From Tubiluchus corallicola (taxonomy: Eukaryota; Animalia; Priapulida), in assembly GCA_030141605.1 (NCBI GenBank), contig JAQGDQ010000354.1, forward strand, positions 139,162 through 203,161: a stretch of DNA of 64,000 nucleotides, written 5' to 3'. A program made the position numbers and the translations under genes. The first letter of the stretch is position 1. Every line of letters starts with the position of its first letter. The notes beneath the pieces are model-generated. The model was not told where the DNA came from and did not search any database. It saw only the letters and a list, made by a program, of their open reading frames with translations. Positions 13,101-45,922 of the stretch are shown here, piece by piece.

Positions 13101-13399
13101 AAGTACACTTAGAGGCTCTCTATGGTCACAAAATTGCAATTTGTTGCTGGCTGCAAGTGGGCAAGCCCCTCAACCCCATTGGAGGCCTTGGTGGCCCCAA
13201 AACCCCCAACCTGTTTCAGGGTTTCTTGTAATTTGTCATTCTCATCCCTGAAACTAGTATTTTCTCACAAAACTTATTTTTTTTTAGGTTTTACAAGGGT
13301 ACAGTGCCGCGGTTAAGTCGGGTTTGTCTAGACGTTGCCATAACTTTCATGATCTACGATTCTTTCATGGACTTGTTCAACAAAGTGTGGGTAACATAG
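4154..13399 (+). CDS. SLC25A1: Mitochondrial tricarboxylate (citrate) carrier, 5'-partial; exons 4154-4361, 5961-6099, 7804-7888, 8529-8749, 10988-11061, 13288-13399
   Basis: The spliced translation ([25 protein letters not shown]...PMETVKVKFIHDQ...[12 protein letters not shown]...[18 protein letters not shown]...[36 protein letters not shown]) has three Px[D/E]xxK carrier motifs and resembles the citrate carrier. Exon phases are consistent. AATAAA at 13491. The start exon was not found and probably lies upstream of the window. Confidence 0.96.
4421..5094 (+). mobile_element. Composite family A element: short left end, captured host segment, then an internally deleted full copy
   Basis: TTAAAGCAAAGCCAGACC at 4421 (about 75 bp); 4497-4689 matches the reverse complement of 23109-23296; a second element start at 4690 ends CTTCCTTCAA. 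Confidence 0.8.
5444..5912 (+). mobile_element. hAT-like MITE, family J
   Basis: TIRs CAGTGGCGGC..GCCGCCACTG; second copy at 39620-40125. Confidence 0.75.
7487..7740 (+). mobile_element. tRNA-derived SINE with MetaSINE-like core
   Basis: A-box-like TAGTCTAGTGG and B-box-like GAGTTCGGTAC, followed by GTCGTACCAAAGTCTTTCAAAATGGCACCTGCTG, which resembles the Meta core domain. Confidence 0.65.
7978..8477. mobile_element. hAT-like MITE with internal subrepeats
   Basis: TIR CAGGGCTGTGGAGTCGG / CCGACTCCACAGCCCTG; internal ~27-bp repeats GACTCCTAAACTTTTAGATCCAACTCT. Confidence 0.8.
8849..9213. repeat. 35-bp minisatellite, about 10 copies
   Basis: Unit GTATGTCTGTTAATGCAAGACGGTTATAAACAATG, head to tail with no spacers. 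Confidence 0.95.
9265..9748. mobile_element. Degenerate family F (TTCGAA-rich) hAT MITE
   Basis: Similar to 48307-48713; ends GTTCACCCCTA. Confidence 0.65.
10194..10829. mobile_element. hAT-like MITE, family G
   Basis: TIR CAGGGATGAGAAT / ATTCTCATCCCTG; 8-bp TSD GGAGAGTA/GGAGAGTT. Confidence 0.85.
11114..11486 (-). mobile_element. Solo LTR, BEL/Pao-like, family C
   Basis: Termini TGTTG...CCACAAGA (inferred original CAACA); 5-bp TSD CGTAC/CGTAG; TATATAA and AATAAA on the minus strand; near-identical inverted copy at 41464-41830. Confidence 0.75.
11499..12360. mobile_element. pogo/Tc1-mariner-like MITE (outer element of a nested pair)
   Basis: TA-CAGTAAACTCCACATAACTCAAA ... TTTGAGTTACGCGGAGTTTACTG-TA. 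Confidence 0.75.
11832..12212. mobile_element. Tc1/mariner-like MITE nested in 11499-12360
   Basis: Perfect TIR TA-CCGTATATACTCGCATATAAGCCGA / TCGGCTTATATGCGAGTATATACGG-TA. Confidence 0.85.
12743..13250. mobile_element. hAT-like MITE, family G copy 2
   Basis: Same TIRs and subterminal sequence as 10194-10829, with a different interior. Confidence 0.8.
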
Positions 13400-14756
13400 G
13401 ACATCTTGCGCCATCTAGCGAATTAAATACTAAACTTAGAACCACATTCCACTGCGGCTGAAAGACACCATGATTGATTCGTCATTTGGAAATAAAACGG
13501 ATGAAATTGTATTGTAATGCCGTAATGAAATGTAGATTTAGGTTGTTATAACTTAGAAGTAAATTGTAAAATTAGGTGATTATAGCCGGTGGTTTAGCTC
13601 AAAATCTGTTGTGTGGAAATTATTGATATTTATTTTTGCTAGCATTGTAGTATGAAATTTCTTGCTTTTGTAACACGTTTTCTGTATTTTGTCTTAGTAA
13701 CTCCTTCAAGACCGCACCATTCAAAATAGGTTTATACGCACTGTGACTTTTCCACTACTGTATGAGCACAGATATAACGAAATGATTACAAATTAGGTAC
13801 TGTTCTATTCAGGAGAACCTCGGTTATCCAATCATGCTATTTGTTTGAACATTTATCAGTGATTTAACTGGAAAACTAAGAAAAACATGCGCTTTTCAGG
13901 CAATCCAACTTAGCCTATTGATTATCTTAATCTGGTGTACACTGATTGTACATGCTAATTTATTGATCGTCTGCTTGCTACAGCCCAAGAGAATTGTCTG
14001 TTGTACAGAGTTCCAGGAAAAGCAACTGATCAGCCAGGGACAAAATCAAGGTTGTTTTTTCTTTTTTTAATAGGAACTTCTCCTGAAAAATAGAGTAGAC
14101 TTGAGGCCAAAGTTTATCAGAGTGTTGTGTCTGGATAGTTGAAATTTTCTGCATTAGCCGATTTCACACAAGTGATACTGTACATTGTTACAGTGCAAAC
14201 ACTGCAGTTACTGAAAGCTTTTTTCAACTTATTCATCAAAAAATGATTTTTAATTTGTCTAAGGTAAGCAAGTGGATTTATCATATATAATTTTGCACAA
14301 AAATCCATTGTGTGAGGAGTAGAAACCAACAAAATTATCAAATCACTGCTTAGTGAGAGCAGTTTGTTCATGAACCCTCGCGAAATGCAGCAAACGCTTA
14401 CGGTCCTGAAGGAGTTAAGGCATTTGAACTGCATGTCTACATTAAAACTATCTGAGCAAAAAATTAACATTTTTCTGTGATCCAGCTCGAGCTGCAGGGC
14501 TTTGTTAATTCTGATGAATAAGATGGCATCAGAACATGTATTGCCATAAACTGAGACAGATTTTCAGAGACACGATCTAGCAATGATGTTACATTAGTGT
14601 TTTATACCTCTCACTCAATGTACTTATAAATAATGACCTAAGAATATGTTATTCAATTTATTGCAACAGTATTATATACCAGTTTTATTTATGGATCATC
14701 ACATTAGACTTGCTGATTAAGTGAATAAGAAATTTACCCTGCTAAGGAAAAAAGAA

Positions 14757-15040
14757 GACGCGGGACAGTAGTGTAGCTTCCCACCCACCCTTGCTGTTCT
14801 CCGTGGCTTAGACAGTCTTTACCAATCACAGTTTGATGTAGGACAGTAGTGTAGCTTCCCACCCACCCTTTCTGTTCTCCATGGCTTACACAGTCTTTAC
14901 CAATCATGTTTTGACATGACGTGAGACAGTAGTGTAGCTTCCCACCCACCCTTTCTGTTCTCCGTGGCTTACACAGTCTTTACCAATCACGTTTTGACGT
15001 GGGACAGTAGTGTAGCTTCCCACTCACCCTTTCTGTTCTT
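14757..15040. repeat. ~80-bp tandem repeat, about 3.5 copies
   Basis: Unit GACAGTAGTGTAGCTTCCCACCCACCCTTTCTGTTCTCCGTGGCTTACACAGTCTTTACCAATCA... Confidence 0.9.
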
Positions 15041-15253
15041 GTTTTTATTTGTTCTTTGTTTTTGTTCTTATTATGTGATTTACTAATTAGCTTGTCATGA
15101 CCAAAAAAATCATGGTTGAAACGTTGTTAATTAAAAAGAAATAAATTAGGAATCCTAGTGGCATCTAGTATAGTAGACCTAGATGAAAGATTCTTGTCAT
15201 TTTACACTTTCAAATCGACTAAAGTCTGTACATGATTATTATAACATTTCACA

Positions 15254-15441
15254 CAGTCAAATCTCTTTATACAACCTGCTTTAGGCTAAAGAACAAGTTG
15301 GCATTAAGTGAGGTAGGCATTATAACGAGGTGCATTAATATATGCATGTTTGTGTATATATAGATATTTTGTTCTGCCAAAAATTTAACCATTAAATGAG
15401 GTTGTCATTCTACAGAGGGACGGTGTAACGAGGTTTGACTG
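15254..15441. mobile_element. Short pogo-like MITE
   Basis: Imperfect TIR CAGTCAAATCTCTTTA / TAACGAGGTTTGACTG. Confidence 0.55.
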
Positions 15442-16572
15442 CTTATTGTTTTTTCCCCACTATTCTGTATTTTTGTTCATGTATATTTTTGTGTTTGCTG
15501 CTTCTTTGTATTTCGTCCGTGCTGATTCCAAAATTTTAAAGACATGCAAATGAAATTTGTTAGTAAATTGCTGAAAAAAAACAAGTTATTGTCGCGTTGA
15601 CAAGAGTTTTGTTCAGTTTGACAAACTGTCTGGCACTTTCGCTGCCACTGCAGGGTAATTCTGTTACATGTTGTCATTAGTAAGCAATAACCTTTCTTTT
15701 CACAACTAGATAATAGACAATACACCACACAATGCATTTCATGAGTGTCAATGAAGGCTATGGTATTCAAGCGCCATCTTGCAGTCGCTAGGGTGTAACG
15801 GCGGGTCACCTACCTGAACTGCCCTCTTGCAGAATGTTTTCGAACTTTTGTTGTGCGTATAAAAGAAAAAATTGCTCTCTCAAAATGCGACTTCGAAATA
15901 CTTTAACTAACTACTGATAATACAGAGGTCACCAAAACAAGAATGTAGGTTCAGCCCACTATGGCATCTGATACTAGTTCATGCAAACTTAGCCTATTAC
16001 TGGTTGCAATTTTAAGATCCTCAAGGTTGTCCGAAAGTCGACTACGTTATAACTCAAAAAAAGGAAAAATACTCTAAGTGAATTTAGAAAGCAACAAAAG
16101 AGCAGTGTTTAGTTTCACAGTGCTAATAACATATGTACGATGTGCGATATTTGCCACTGCTATTCTGATTGTAATTTAATTTATGTTTGCAATGGGAAAA
16201 TATACAGTCACTGCCATTATTGACTAACTTTACATGCTAACGATAGAATATTCTCAGTGTACCGGTGTGTTATTATTGATGAGTTATCTGAACCACTGCT
16301 GTTGATTAGTTTGTAGATAATTGTTGGTTGTCTGCTTTGAACTATTTTGTTAAAATTACTACTAATTGTTAATAGATTTTTATTGAAATGCACAACTCGA
16401 ATGTCTCCTGTTTTTTTCTGTCGCGCAACATCTGAACTCAGACGTACAAATGTGTATTAAATCCAGATTCATTTAAGAACTTTTTTTACCAATTTTATGA
16501 ACTCTTGTTACATTTTCGGTTTTTCGTCACGTTGGCCAATTAATTTTTCTTGAAAGCAGCAATGAAGAGTTG

Positions 16573-16940
16573 AGTAAAATAATTCGTTGTATTGGTTGTG
16601 TGAAGCTGATTATTGGTGTTTTAGGGATGGCAAAACTACGAAGAGTCAGATTATAAAACTACACGTTTATTAAACATCAAACACAGTAAATATAACAGAT
16701 AGTAATGCCAAGCCCCCTGATCTAGCTTGCTCTCCTTCAGCTCCCAGACTCAATCCCCTGAGCTGGGCGCATCACGAGGCTTATATATCGTGCGCCGAGC
16801 TTCGACGCATCGACGCCTACGCTTCGGTTCTGAATCACTTACTCAAGTGACACCACTCCTTAACTGGCTTCAGCGTTCATCAACATAATTATCTATCATA
16901 ATCTAACGCTTTTAACATAGTTTAACAGCTCCTCTTTGCT
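16573..16940 (-). mobile_element. LTR-like dispersed repeat, family D
   Basis: About 370 bp with short inverted ends AGTAAA..TTT(A/G)CT and internal TATATAA and AATAAA; near-identical inverted copies at 54310 and 57542; diverged relative near 17480-17630. Confidence 0.7.
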
Positions 16941-17108
16941 CATGTTTATCTGTTTATTTCGTTAACTTGTTGAAGAAATGAATCCGTAAAATAATTAACC
17001 TTGCAAAAGTCCATTCGTCCAATGCAATATTTGTGAGATAATATAGTATGTTTTTAGTACTAAGTAAAGAGTCACGTCGAGAGTTCTTAAGGAGCACTAC
17101 ACAGAGGT

Positions 17109-17305
17109 TTAAAGGACAAGAAACAGGGGTACCTGAGGTAGGTTTCAGAAAAATTACCTTAAAAAATTATATTACTTTACAGCAAATTTATGCGTATGTC
17201 GTACTCGCGTTAAAAGGAATTTTCGTTTGTTTTCATTTTAAATCTCGCATTACTGTTCCGACGGCGCCATTACATGACGTCACTACGCAAACGTAGAAAA
17301 GGAAA
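17109..17305 (+). mobile_element. Kolobok-like family B terminal fragment
   Basis: Starts TTAAAGGACAAG...; the same end occurs inverted at 41899 and 57378. Confidence 0.65.
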
Positions 17306-17837
17306 TATTAAGTTATGTCCTAAAATACTTTCCATTCAAATCTATATTACTTAGCATTAATAAAATAATATCTGCTTCTAATGAATTAAAGTTTATTATA
17401 GTTGTTATAGCTGCTTGCTGGTTATTGTTGTTTATAATGTTGGTGGCTGTGGCTTGTGAAGATTGCGTGTGGAACAGCCACGATGGGCATGGCAAACTAT
17501 CAAATCTTTGTTTAGCAAACTACACATTTATTAAAGATCAAGCACAAACACGGTATACATAAGAGGATAGCAATGCCAGCCCTCCGTCTTCAAGTCAGCT
17601 CCTAATCTGCCCGAAGTGCGGGCCTCGAAAACCCTTTTGTCTAACTATCTAATGTGCCCTAAGCTTCTCCACATTAGGATTAACTTAATAACCAATGTAG
17701 ATGTTGACGTCAGTAATCATGTCACTGCTATCGACACCCACTGCACAAAACTGCTGGGGGTGAGCTCGGAGTGGGGGCACAGTCTTAACGACTATTACAG
17801 TAACACCTGCTACAAGTACTAAGTTACTAGATTTACT

Positions 17838-18353
17838 AAAAGAATTATCACCACACAAACACAATTTCACGTTCGCGCCACTAGTTCTTCGCTGTTACGT
17901 GCATTTCACCATTCGCTAGTTAGACGAGCACTACATTTCCTAAAAGCGTTGCACAAAAACATGTGCTGTACCTCTCAGTTCAGATGTGTTAGTTTGTGAT
18001 GAACTACACACATTCGACAACTAATGCGTGAACACAGCGGTAAATTTGAAATTTGAATTTTTATCTTAAATTGCCTAGTTTTAGTACAACACACTGAATA
18101 TCTTATAGGTAGCACTGTAGTTCACTTTTCGCTTTCGCAAACACGTGCAACGCGCGTGGAATATTTTGGTGTTGAAAATTATGTTAGTTTGTGATGTCAT
18201 CAGTAGTTGGGCTTTCCGACCCTTAATTAAGCCTTTAATCTATTATTTAATTATTAGAAACATTTTTGCAGCATTAACTGTGTTAAAATGTAGGCACTTT
18301 TTATCGGATTTGAAAATGGGGTAGTATATGAAAAATCATCCTTCTTCCTTTAA
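17838..18353 (+). mobile_element. Family A copy, 5'-truncated
   Basis: Matches 328-871; ends CTTCCTTTAA. Confidence 0.75.
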
Positions 18354-18509
18354 CTAGAGAGTCATTTGACTCCTCTCTAACCAAAAACGGGCAACCGCAA
18401 AATCGTCTTGTCAAAGTTGTACTCCTCTTCAACCTCCTCCTTCACTGAGTTTGACCAAAAGCATTAGTCGGCAGATAATGTTTCAGTTTTGTCCTGGGCG
18501 AGTAGTCCA

Positions 18510-18730
18510 GCAACCGGAAGTGCCTGACAGCTTGTTTGTTACATCCAAAAATCATTTCTCTTCAACAAAGATGTGCAACTGAGTATCTTCGCGTAATGTA
18601 TCGTCCACCGGAAACAAAATCTGGCGTCGGAAGTATAAATACGTTTCCTCTACATACGAAACGTACTTAAGCTTGTTTGCCTACACTTACTTAGCTTAAA
18701 AGAAACCCAGTTCTAAACTATAAAGGTACT
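18510..18730 (+). promoter_or_regulatory. Candidate Kazal-gene promoter and non-coding first exon
   Basis: ETS-like CCGGAAGT, CCGGAAAC and TCGGAAGT motifs, TATAAATA at 18634, possible donor AAG|GTACT near 18725; an acceptor TTTTTAG at 20137 precedes the ATG. Confidence 0.4.
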
Positions 18731-19015
18731 TATATAATTATAGCACAATTCGTTAGGAAAATGGGCTTTCCGGAATCGCTACATTTTTTACAAAAACGAA
18801 AAAACCACAAGTTTATTTTTATTTAGTTTTCACGGCTACAATTTTTTTGCTACATTTTGTATAGTTTGCGCAAAACGCATTGGAATATCGTAGACATTTG
18901 GAAATAATTCTTCCCACAAATATTTGTAATAAAACTGACCCCATAACCCCACACTAGTATTGCATTATTGGCCAGAAATATTTCACCGTTTAACTATGAT
19001 TGCCCGCCGAGGTTC

Positions 19016-19600
<585 letters not shown>

Positions 19601-19619
19601 ATATTTCGTTTAGGTCATA

Positions 19620-19805
19620 GGCCAGGGATAACTCTTTATTTATTTCGAAGGCAGTCCCGATTATTATTACTCACATGTTACTTTGATAAACCCGCGTGGG
19701 TGGTCGAAGAACCAGTGGTACCATTTTAAGTCTTCGCTATGCCTCGATCGGGAATTGAACCCACGACCTCCCGGGTGGGAAGCGAGCACTTACCATACCC
19801 CTGGT
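19620..19805 (-). mobile_element. tRNA-derived SINE
   Basis: Minus strand reads TGGTAAGTGCTCGCTTCCCACCCGGGAGGTCGTGGGTTCAATTCCC (tRNA head with B box), then GAAGACTTAAAATGGTACC (Meta-like core). Confidence 0.65.
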
Positions 19806-20150
19806 CGTAAAATAAGCGTTTCTTCATGGTTACTTATAATACAATTAAAATAATTGAAAATTCAATGCAATATTCCTTTTTTTTATTTTGTGAAATAAAC
19901 GAACTTAAACTCTCGCGTTTGACTGCAAGTTTGCAATCCCAAATTTCCGTTTCCTGAGAGAATAAAAACGGGATGTTAAATGTCAGCTTCCTCTAACGGG
20001 AGGTGTTCAAACATCCCGTTATGATATTTCTATATATTAACTACATAAATACATACTACTTACTTCAAAGGTGTGCATTCATTACTGGTGTGTTTACACT
20101 AAACAGTGTACTTTTTCATTGTTGTAAACATTTTTAGCTACACGAAAGAC

Positions 20151-26261
<6,111 letters not shown>

Positions 26262-26997
26262 GGTCACGAGTAAACACGTGCAGACGCACTTAGATTAATA
26301 TTTAACAATAAAATATTTTCAGTCGTTCATTTAAATTGGTTTTATTTCTTCTTAAAATCCCGCATTTATATTGATTATCCACCTGAATAAAGTGCTACTA
26401 AAATTCTTTATGCAAAATGAAATGATTTTGGACTAGTAATGTTACACTCCGTTTGGAATCTTGTTACCTATGAAGTAGAGCGCGCACTATTTCCTGTTAG
26501 AATGATGTACACTGGGCGAGTTTTAAGCCAATTAGACAGATTTGTTCAAATTGGGCCCATTTGATGAGTAGAATTGACGTCAAACATATTGGTCATCATT
26601 TACATTCATTGCTGGATTTATACCAAAAAATAGCCCTAGTGCAGATGTCGGGGGGGGGGGGCGGTGGTACTAATTTGTTTCAGCGTGAGAGCGCATAACC
26701 TTATTTCAAGTACACAGTGGGTATTTCATTGTAGTATCATATATACAAAATCATAAGGGCCTCTGTTGTATAAGTATGTTTAACATTGTGTTCAAGTTTG
26801 TATTTATGATATTATGTAATATTCGTTGACGTTTGGCCATTGCAGAAATACGACAATCTATATGTATTTCTGTATTTTTTACAATGGCCAAATCGAAAAT
26901 ACATACATACATACATAGATATAAATAAATAAGTAAATAATTTCATAAATAATAATAAATAATAAATAAGTCTATATATACGTATGTGTAACACATA

Positions 26998-26999
<2 letters not shown>

Positions 27000-27033
<34 letters not shown>

Positions 27034-27300
27034 GTTTTTAACACAAAAAATGGTCATTTTTTTCGCCAAAATTACATGTAAGCTTGTAAATAAGTTGCCA
27101 GGTCTCTGCAATAAAAAGTTAAGTGATCCAATCTACCACAATTGCTTGCAGCTCCAATGAAGTTCGTGGCTCCCTCAAGCGGGAAAATAAAAAACAAATT
27201 TAGGCAAAACAAGTAATTAATTACATGGGTAATTTTCGCTTAACAGTAACTAGGCCACGAAGTCTGTGCAACCTTCACCAATGTAATAGATACTGGAAAA
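27000..27300 (+). repeat. ~300-bp dispersed direct repeat (partner at 31380-31680)
   Basis: Both begin with (TA)n GAAGTTTT..., share GGCTCCCTCAAGCGGGAAAATAAAAAAC and end GATACTGGAAAA. Confidence 0.85.
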
Positions 27301-27734
27301 AAATATTTACGTGACCCGGTCCTGTTTTGCAGTGCCAAAATTTTACTCAAAAGTGTACCGGAAATTAGTTACCTCCATTCTACAACCTTGACGATGTCAA
27401 GGAGCAACCCTTGGGCGTCTGTGCTGCGATATTTTCCACATAATGACAAATTCTAGTTTCAACAGATATGTCCCAACTCGAATACGTCACTAGTTCCTCT
27501 AAAATTTTGCCAGGGATTGAATTTAGTGTTACTGCGTTTTGTTAGTGCGTTGTAAAAGATCTATCAGTGACGAAGGTAAGGATATTTATATATATATACA
27601 TATATATTATGATGTAGAGATGAGAACCCTAATAAGAAATTTTATATACGACATCAGCAAGAAAAGAGAAGAGAAACAGGAAAGCAAATAATTTTAATTT
27701 GAGCTCGCAGCCTACAAAATCTTTTCTTACTATT

Positions 27735-28105
27735 GTTGTTTTTTATGTATTATTATTGTGCTTTTGTTATTGTTGTGCTTTTGTTATTATTGTGCTTTTG
27801 TTATATTGTGCTTTTGTTATCATTGTGCTTTGGTTATCATTGTGTTTTTGTGATTGTTGTGTTTTTGTTATCATTGTGCTTTTGTTATCATTGCACTTTT
27901 GTTTTTATTGTGCCTTTGTTATCATTGTGCTTTTGTTACCATAGCGCTTTTGTTATTATTGTGCTTTTGTTTTTATTGTGCTTTTGTTATTATTGTGCTT
28001 TTGTTTTTATTGTGCCTTTGTTATCATTGTGTTTTTATGATCATTGTGTTTTTGTTATCCTTTTGTTATCATTGTGCTTTTCTTAGTATTGTGTTTTTTT
28101 GTTAT
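27735..28105. repeat. 17-bp minisatellite
   Basis: Unit TTGTGCTTTTGTTATCA and variants. Confidence 0.9.
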
Positions 28106-28409
28106 TATCGTCCCTACTACGTTTGAGCCGCTCCATCTACAGGATCAATGTATTTTCGCTTTATGCTGTATGGTAGACAAACGGTATGTGTGTGTACATT
28201 TATAATTTCAAGATTATTACTATAATTTATGATGCAATGAACGCACAATTTGCCGAATTTGAAACTAAGTTTGCTCCAAGGCAGGAAATGTAAAAAAATC
28301 GAGAAACAACCTGGATATGAACCAGGAACTAAACCGTGTTAAATGTTTTTCCTATTTCGGAGCTAATTTGGTTTTTAAGTTAACAATTGTGGTATTCTTT
28401 GTGTGAGTT

Positions 28410-28788
28410 ATTCAGTGTGTTGTAGTAAAACTAGGCAAATTTTAAGATAAAAATTCAAATTTCAAATCTATCTCTGTGTTAGCGCATGAGCTGTCCGACG
28501 TGCGCAGTTCGCCAAAAACTAACACATCTTAACTGAGTGATACAGCACCCGGTTTCGTGCAATTCGTTTCCGAAATACAGGTGCTAGTAACCGTCTAACT
28601 AGCGAAAGGCGAAATGCATGTAACAACGAAGAACTAGTGGCGCGAACGCGAAATTGTGTTTGTGAGGTAATAATTCTTTCACCGAGTCATTTTTGAAAAA
28701 AAAAATAGTATAGTATGTTCCCTTTCAATATTTTAAAGAGTAAATTGTTTTGACCTACAATTTAAGATTGGGTCCGGTTTTGATTTAA
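28410..28788 (-). mobile_element. Family A partial copy
   Basis: Reverse complement of 228-600. Confidence 0.75.
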
Positions 28789-29774
28789 TGAACTGACGTT
28801 GAACAAGCTAAAATGCAGAGATCATCTGCATAAATGAAATCATTTACTATCCCTGCGTGCATGACGAGCTAAAACGTTTATAAGTACAACAATTTTGCGA
28901 AAATTATAATCAAACACATTTGTGCAAGTAGTTGAAGTGATCTACATCAATGTGGACAAGGAAATGGGGGGGGGGGAGCAAGCACCGAATTAAAGCTTGC
29001 CCAAAATTATTAAGCTTGTTAGCTTTTTCAATCAAAGAAAAAATGCAATCATTAACAAGTCACGAGGAATTATATTATAATAACTATACTAGCAGGTACA
29101 ATCACAGAATCAAATAACATAATAATTATCAATACTAAAATATCACTATACTAAAACACAACGGAATAATTAGCCTGGCTAGCCCAAAGGTTTAAATGTT
29201 CAAGGTAGGCCTGTCTTACACAGCTTAAATACAGAAAACTAGAACACTAGAAAACGTACAGTAAGTTAGAGGGAAATATAAGCTATTTCAATGTTATAAC
29301 AAGCCTAAAAAAGGAGGAAATGAGATGAAAAAATTATGAAAGAGAGATGAACAAGAAGACAAACAATGTAATATTCACAAGTCAAGTCAATCAAACGCGA
29401 AGTAATTATGAGACGAACTTCGCGACAATCAACCCTATTCAACTTAACTGCAACACTAGCAGGTATTTACACCACAGTTAAGTTACAATAATTACGCTAT
29501 TCTCATGTGAGAATGTATCTACGAGAGAAAAAACTTCAAAAACAGAAAGCAATAAATTCATATCAATGATAGGTTCAAAAAATCTTATATGTGAAATTTA
29601 TTAATCGGATTATCAATGTACAATTATTATGTATATTTAGGTTACGATTGTAAATTAGTGAATAACACAACTAGGTCTACTGTTAAAATGACAAGCAGCG
29701 CAATACCTGAAATTCGTATAAGTGACGAAAACTATCCAGAGTAAGTAGATATTACAATTATTATTAACTGCTAT

Positions 29775-29995
29775 TATCACCATCATCACCGTCGTCGTCA
29801 TCATCATCGTCGTCGTCATCATCATCTTCATCATCATCATCGTCGTCGTCATCATCATCATCGTCGTCGTCGTCGTCATCATCATCATTATCGTCGTCGT
29901 CGTCGTCATCATCATCATCATCATCGTCGTCGTCTTCGTCATCATCTTCATCGTCGTCATCGTCGTCGTCGTCATCATTATCATCATCATCATCA
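29775..29995. repeat. (ATC/GTC)n microsatellite
   Basis: Directly visible. Confidence 0.92.
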
Positions 29996-30351
29996 TTAAT
30001 AATCTCTCATGGGCTTCTTATATGTGGAATTCTCTCTGTGAAACAACATTAATAGACCATTTTATCACTAGTAATTTACATGTATGAATTCTATTTTCTG
30101 GGAATGTGTTCATACCTTCACCTTGTTAAAACTGTTTATTAATTGTTCTTGCCTTCGAGCGTGAAGGGGGGGGGAGTGGACGGTCAACTATAGTCTAATT
30201 AGTCCCGCTTCTGTGTCTGTCTGCTGCTTGCTATCTGCTTGTCTGTTTAGGAACGTATAACGAACTGTACAGGGTTGCAGTTGAACCAGACAACTTGGCT
30301 ATGGTTCCTTCTCAGAACGTTTAGTAATGACAAATGCGTCTTATTCTACAG

Positions 30352-44095
<13,744 letters not shown>

Positions 44096-44690
44096 ATAAA
44101 GAACCAGAAGCTTGATTCCTTGTGGTCTTTTTAAATGGGCACATAGGTCCTACTACTTATTGCCTTGTTCTTACGTGATGCTAGATATTTTCTCTTCATG
44201 TTTCGTGTCAGATTGATTTGAAATAATCCTACTAGTTACTAGTTAAAGAAGTTTGCTAAAAACACGAGTTGAAAGTATGTTATGTAAAAATATTTTCATA
44301 GCGTACCAAAGTCGTTTATTCTAACTGGACAGAAGAAAATCATTTTAATTGCTCTAAATTTAAATTTATATTGTATTGTCATCATACTTTTTTGAGTTTT
44401 GGACAGTGCTGCCACCTTCAGGTGTTCTTGTTAAAATTGTTAAATCTTTCTCTTTACTGTTTAAATTTTCATTGGCTTCTACAGTTTTTATGAATGCATA
44501 ATCTCTAAACCTGTTTTCACACCTAAATGATTTCACCTGTAGTTTTGGTCACTTGGTTTTCTGCTTTTCAACATGACACTACTTCGCTGTTTATGTAGAC
44601 ATTTCAGAATAAAATCTTAAAACTAAATTTCAAGTTCTTTGGTTTCTTCAAACCACTAATTATAGATAATAAAACATTTTTGCAGTAAAT

Positions 44691-45105
44691 ACAGAGGGGT
44701 ATTAACAAATAGGATAACTAGGCTATAGCCTCCAGGGCGCCAAAGTTTGAGGGGCGTCGCATTTTAGAAAAAAACCTTGTTCTCCTCCATAAATGTGTAT
44801 ACTTTCAAATCCATGTAAAGGTGCGCATTTTATAACACACCACAGGCAGTTACTCAGCTCGGCTTTTACACAAGTGCCACATAACGAGCAGGTGCAAGGT
44901 ATTACACAACAAACCATTGTGCGGCCTACTTGAATATAAGCGCTATGTAAATACATTTTATATTGTATAATGGCCACGTAGAAACTAGGTTAATGGCGTT
45001 TCTAATACACCACAAGTATTTGTTTGACGTGATCATTACATAATCAAAAATTCACCATCGAGATGGGCAAAAGCCTAGGGCAACGTAAAGTCTTGTTACG
45101 CTTTT
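44691..45105 (-). mobile_element. Family E MITE copy
   Basis: Reverse complement of 1210-1640. Confidence 0.7.
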
Positions 45106-45545
45106 TTGTAAATCAGACTAATTTCGTCAACCACACCATCGCAAATTATGCCAACTTAAATTAGTAAATCTAATTATGTGAATTGCTTTTATACGTGATA
45201 TATGCAAAACTGCAGAACGACACTTTTAAAATGCATGTGGGTTTCAAACTTTGTTAGAATTTTTTAAACTGCTTGAGCTTTACGTAGTTTAAGTAATAAT
45301 TGTTATCCAACAAGCGAACGAAATGCGTTTTTTTTGTTTACCGTTGTCTCCAGCAGAGGGCAGCACGTTCCACGCAGTAGTGTAAGCCACTACAAGACGA
45401 TTACCAGCAACAACAGATTTTACCAAATTAATTTGTTTAACAAAAAAAACCCACACTTCTTTGGATCTTTAAGTTGCAAGGCCTGATTATTTTTATCTAT
45501 AACATAATCTATAAGGTTACATATTGGGTGTAAGCGGTTGATTGG

Positions 45546-45922
45546 TAGGGGTGAGCATTCTCTACCATAAAGCGAATTCGAATCGCACCGAATTTGTGAC
45601 TTTCGAATTCGAATCGAACCGAACTTCAGTGTTTCGAATTCGAGCCGAATTCGAATTGAGATCGAAAGATTTTCGAACAAGTTTTCGAACCACCAGCAAA
45701 CATTTGTCTTACAAAGATCGTGCATATCACTAGATTTCGTTCTGCAATAAAACGACTAGTAATTTCTTTAAAATTGTGCGCAGAAATCACAGCTAAATTA
45801 GTGATAAAGAACATATGTGATTGAAGTGCTGAATTATTCGAATCTATAGTTTTGGATTCGAATCGAGTTCGAACTAAAAAAACTCGTTCGAATCGAATTC
45901 GAGCGTTCGATGCTCACCCCTA
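45546..45922. mobile_element. hAT MITE, family F
   Basis: TIR TAGGGGTGAGCAT / ATGCTCACCCCTA; perfect TSD TTGATTGG. Confidence 0.92.

Noticed and set aside
14117-14480. 117-aa minus-strand ORF and a ~55-codon plus-strand open stretch downstream of SLC25A1
   Set aside because: No recognisable motif or convincing splice sites; probably UTR or intergenic.
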